Source: Acholeplasmataceae bacterium
GTDB lineage: Bacteria > Bacillota_I > Bacilli_A > Acholeplasmatales > Acholeplasmataceae
Assembly (NCBI GenBank): GCA_035447465.1
Contig: DAOTHC010000001.1
Span: 1 to 40,642, forward strand
Direction: 5' to 3'
Length of the DNA: 40,642 nucleotides
Position 1 is the first letter of the stretch. Each line of letters opens with the position of its first letter. Under the pieces are notes generated by a model. It was not told where the DNA came from and did no database searches. It saw nothing but the letters and a program-made list of their open reading frames with translations. Shown one piece after another: positions 37,953 through 40,642 of this stretch. Made by a program: the position numbers and the translations under genes.

Positions 37953-38831
37953 CTATTTAGTCTGTTTTTTTCTAAAATAATACGCATTATAATAATCTTT
38001 AAATCCAATGTCATAATAGAATTTTTGAGTGGATCCAACAAAAATGTCTTTGGCTCCATCTTTTTGTGCTTCGCAAATGGCGTGATAGATACATGCCTTA
38101 GCTAAACCTTTTTTACGATGTTCTGGGACGGTTGCTACAGGTTCAATCAATGCAGTTTTTGTACCATCAAGATACCATATACCTGCATAAGCTACATACT
38201 GATTGTCGTGTGTAGCAACATAAGTATATCTCTTTTTAAAATGAGGAGATGATGTCGTATGTCTTCGTGATTCAAGGTTTTCATCACTATAATTTATGTC
38301 ATCGCCGTGATTAAATCCCTTCCATAAAGCATGATGGATCTGATCAAGTCTGTAGTCTTCTTCAAGTGATTTAATCTGATAACCATCTACCTGAGGACAC
38401 GCTACATGTGAAAATGTGAATTTAATCATAGGATCTTTATCATCTGTTATCTCGTATGTATACTTATCTAAAATTTCAATCATATCTGGATCATTTGGAA
38501 TGATTAAATCATCACCATCATGACGTTCGATAAAGTGATCAATCATCAGCTTCTTTAAAATCTTATCATCTTCATAAACCATATACCACATACGAGGTTC
38601 ATCTTCAAATGTCATTAATCCACAGATCTTGTCATGCTCATCTAAAAAGAGCGTAATCTCTGGTAAATCATAGTTATTCAATGTATCTCTTGCAAACATC
38701 CATTCAAACCTGCTCCAGTGCATGTTTAAAAACTGATGTTCTTCATTCTTTTTTGATATAAAGTGAACAACATCCATAAAAACCTGATGATATGCTTTAT
38801 CATTGGGGTATGGTTTGATGTGATATGTCAT
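37953..38831 (-). CDS. GNAT family N-acetyltransferase (C-terminal GNAT domain)
   Basis: 'IEPVATVPEHRKKGLA' acetyl-CoA motif A, 'FYYDIGF'; ATG 38831 after GAGG. Confidence 0.88.
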   Translation of the reverse strand: MTYHIKPYPNDKAYHQVFMDVVHFISKKNEEHQFLNMHWSRFEWMFARDTLNNYDLPEITLFLDEHDKICGLMTFEDEPRMWYMVYEDDKILKKLMIDHFIERHDGDDLIIPNDPDMIEILDKYTYEITDDKDPMIKFTFSHVACPQVDGYQIKSLEEDYRLDQIHHALWKGFNHGDDINYSDENLESRRHTTSSPHFKKRYTYVATHDNQYVAYAGIWYLDGTKTALIEPVATVPEHRKKGLAKACIYHAICEAQKDGAKDIFVGSTQKFYYDIGFKDYYNAYYFRKKQTK

Positions 38832-38975
38832 CAGTAGCACCTCGCTTTATTATCGTTTGCTATAGAAAAATTATACCATACCCAATTTGGACTATCAATG
38901 AACCTCACATTCATTTTCACTATAATAAAACATTAAATCTATGCTATACTAAAAGAAAAAAGAGGAAGTGAAACG

Positions 38976-39266
38976 ATGTATCAACCCAAGTTTTATAATC
39001 CAGAAATTGATCTTCTATTAGATGCTTTACTCACCTTAAAGAATAAAGATGAGATGATGAGGTTTTTAGAAGATGTTTGTACCATTAAAGAAATATCAGA
39101 CATGGGACAACGTTTCACAGTAGCAAAACTTCTATCAGAAAAAGTCCCCTATCACACGATCGTTGATGAAACAAAAGCTTCTACTGCAACCATCTCACGC
39201 GTGAATAAATCACTCATCTATGGTGCAGAAGGCTATATGATTGCTTTGAATCGTTTGAAAAAATAA
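38976..39266 (+). CDS. yerC: TrpR-like repressor, YerC/YecD family (HisR)
   Basis: 'FLEDVCTIKE...QR..VAKLL', 'ASTATISRVNKSL.YG..GY'. Confidence 0.92.
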   Translation: MYQPKFYNPEIDLLLDALLTLKNKDEMMRFLEDVCTIKEISDMGQRFTVAKLLSEKVPYHTIVDETKASTATISRVNKSLIYGAEGYMIALNRLKK

Positions 39267-39268
39267 TC

Positions 39269-39293
39269 AAGGAACACGCTCGTTCCTTTTTTT
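39269..39293 (+). terminator. Terminator after yerC
   Basis: AAGGAAC-ACGCTC-GTTCCTT followed by a T-run. Confidence 0.8.
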
Positions 39294-39297
39294 GTGT

Positions 39298-39315
39298 TAT
39301 GAATACGTTTTCATA
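39298..39315. promoter_or_regulatory. ARG-box-like site (ArgR/AhrC)
   Basis: TA-TGAAT-ACGT-TTTCA-TA; one mismatch to TGAAT-N4-ATTCA. Confidence 0.5.
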
Positions 39316-39322
39316 TATTTAT

Positions 39323-39342
39323 CACTTTACTATACTAAAGCG
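39323..39342. promoter_or_regulatory. HisR (YerC)-type operator
   Basis: CACTTTA-CTATAC-TAAAGCG near-palindrome just upstream of the TATAAT -10 of the ABC operon, directly after yerC. Confidence 0.7.
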
Positions 39343-39377
39343 TTAAATTATAATAGACATCGAGGTGAATAAAAAAT

Positions 39378-40166
39378 ATGAAAAAATTATTAGGTTTGGC
39401 GGTTGTACTATTGTTTGGGTTAGCCCTTGCTTCATGTCAAGAAAAAGTGGTTAACACATGGGAAGAAATCGAAGATCGCGGTTACTTCATTGTAGGTTTA
39501 GATGATACTTTTGCACCTATGGGATTTAGAGATAACTCTGGTAATCTCATTGGTTTCGATGTTGATCTTGCTAAAGAGGTTTCAAGACGTTTAGGTGTTG
39601 AAGTGAGATTCCAACCCATTGACTGGGATGCTAAAGTCTTAGAACTCAATGCAGGTACGATTGATATGATTTGGAATGGTTTAACCATTACAGAATCACG
39701 TTTAGAAGAAATGAGTTTCTCTACGCCATATCTTGCTAACAGTCAAATCATTATGGTTAAAGTCGGTTCTACCATTGAAACGATGAATGATTTAGTAGGT
39801 AAAACCGTAGGTGTTCAAATCAGTAGTGCATCGGATGATGCTGTGTCAGCAAGCTCTATCTTTGCTGATTTAGGCGGTTATGAGCGCTATGATACTTTTA
39901 ACTTAGCTTTAGTTGAACTTTCTAATGGTACGATTGATGCAGTTGTGATCGATGAAATCATGGGTCGTTATATCATCAGTCAAAATGAAGGACAATATGA
40001 AGTATTAGAAGATAATTTTGGTGAAGAAACATATGGTATTGGTTTTAGATTAGAATCAACTGATATTAGAGATCGCTTTAATCAAGTATTACTTGATATG
40101 ATCAATGATGGAACTGCGGCAGAGATTTCTATCAACTGGTTTGATGAGGATATTTTCTTAAGATGA
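39378..40166 (+). CDS. Polar amino acid ABC transporter substrate-binding lipoprotein (SBP_bac_3; Arg/His/Lys-type likely)
   Basis: Lipobox LASC, 'VGLDDTFAPMGF', 'GFDVDLA', 'IDWD', 'WNGLTIT..R'. Confidence 0.92.
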   Translation: MKKLLGLAVVLLFGLALASCQEKVVNTWEEIEDRGYFIVGLDDTFAPMGFRDNSGNLIGFDVDLAKEVSRRLGVEVRFQPIDWDAKVLELNAGTIDMIWNGLTITESRLEEMSFSTPYLANSQIIMVKVGSTIETMNDLVGKTVGVQISSASDDAVSASSIFADLGGYERYDTFNLALVELSNGTIDAVVIDEIMGRYIISQNEGQYEVLEDNFGEETYGIGFRLESTDIRDRFNQVLLDMINDGTAAEISINWFDEDIFLR

Positions 40167-40642
40167 TCAGTGAAGTCATTAACGTTATACTATACCTAGG
40201 AAAAGGGGCACTTGTGTCCCTTCAACTTTTCTTCATCACACTACTTTTCAGTTTTCCTCTTGCTATTTTGCTGATGTATTTTTACAAAAACAACAAGTTA
40301 CTTAACAAGATCATTAAATTTTACACCTGGTTCTTTAGAGGAACACCACTGATGCTTCAACTCTTCTTCTTCATGTTTGGACTACCTATTTTCGGTATCA
40401 GATTAGACCGTATGATGGTTGCCTATGTGGGATTTATTTTAAACTATGCTGCCTACTTTACTGAAATCATCAGATCTGGTATTGAATCACTACCATCTGA
40501 TCAAGAAGAATCAGGACAAGTAGAAGGTGCAACGCAGTTTCAAGTGTTTAGATATATTTTGTTACCACAAGCTGTTAGAAAAGAAATACCAACAATCACA
40601 AATGAAGTCATTACACTGATTAAGGATACTGCTTTGGTAACC
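40163..40642 (+). CDS. Polar amino acid ABC transporter permease (partial; runs off the window end; not in the ORF track)
   Basis: ATG 40163 overlaps the SBP stop (ATGA); translates MISEVIN...FRGTPLMLQLFF...NYAAYFTEIIRSGIES...ILLPQA...TLIKDTALVT. Confidence 0.92.
   Translation, partial: MISEVINVILYLGKGALVSLQLFFITLLFSFPLAILLMYFYKNNKLLNKIIKFYTWFFRGTPLMLQLFFFMFGLPIFGIRLDRMMVAYVGFILNYAAYFTEIIRSGIESLPSDQEESGQVEGATQFQVFRYILLPQAVRKEIPTITNEVITLIKDTALVT

Noticed and set aside
28491-39688. Short ORFs 28491-28679, 29149-29397, 29443-29685, 29752-29937, 31138-31323, 33999-34217, 37908-38105, 39482-39688
   Set aside because: Shadows of better-supported genes; 29443-29685 is the antisense of the 2-TM gene, which has a strong RBS
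1-40642. CRISPR arrays, IS/transposases, integrases, prophage, defence systems, rRNA/tRNA
   Set aside because: No periodic repeats, mobile-element ORFs or structural RNA genes were recognised; intergenic spaces are short and mostly explained by promoters, terminators and the SAM leader

Overview
A low-GC (roughly one third G+C by eye), gene-dense chromosomal window of metabolic and transport genes, mostly on the minus strand. TGA is used as a stop and TGG as Trp (code 11). Firmicutes-type RBSs, TRTG-extended -10 promoters, MKK...C lipoproteins and PAS-GGDEF/EAL proteins suggest an Acholeplasmatales/Izemoplasmatales-like Bacillota; this taxonomy is inferred, not checked. No rRNA, tRNA, CRISPR array, IS or prophage was seen. 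Highlights: (1) a five-gene uxaE-PfkB kinase-gnd-uxuB-larA(gntE) operon that appears to route hexuronates through mannonate/gluconate into the pentose phosphate pathway, with an apparently NAD-switched Gnd that would make the route redox-neutral; (2) a luxE-luxC fatty-acid reductase pair with no luciferase in the window, followed by a 950-aa lipoprotein; (3) a GPH/MelB-type MFS transporter, broken by a 1-nt frameshift and translationally coupled to a lysophospholipid acyltransferase; (4) a compact P4-less SAM-I riboswitch ahead of metNIQ; (5) a HAD-metallophosphoesterase fusion; (6) an uncharacterised domain present both stand-alone and, degenerate, fused to a uridine-kinase-like protein behind an ECF S-component; (7) adjacent HisR(YerC)-like and ArgR-like boxes before a polar amino-acid ABC transporter.
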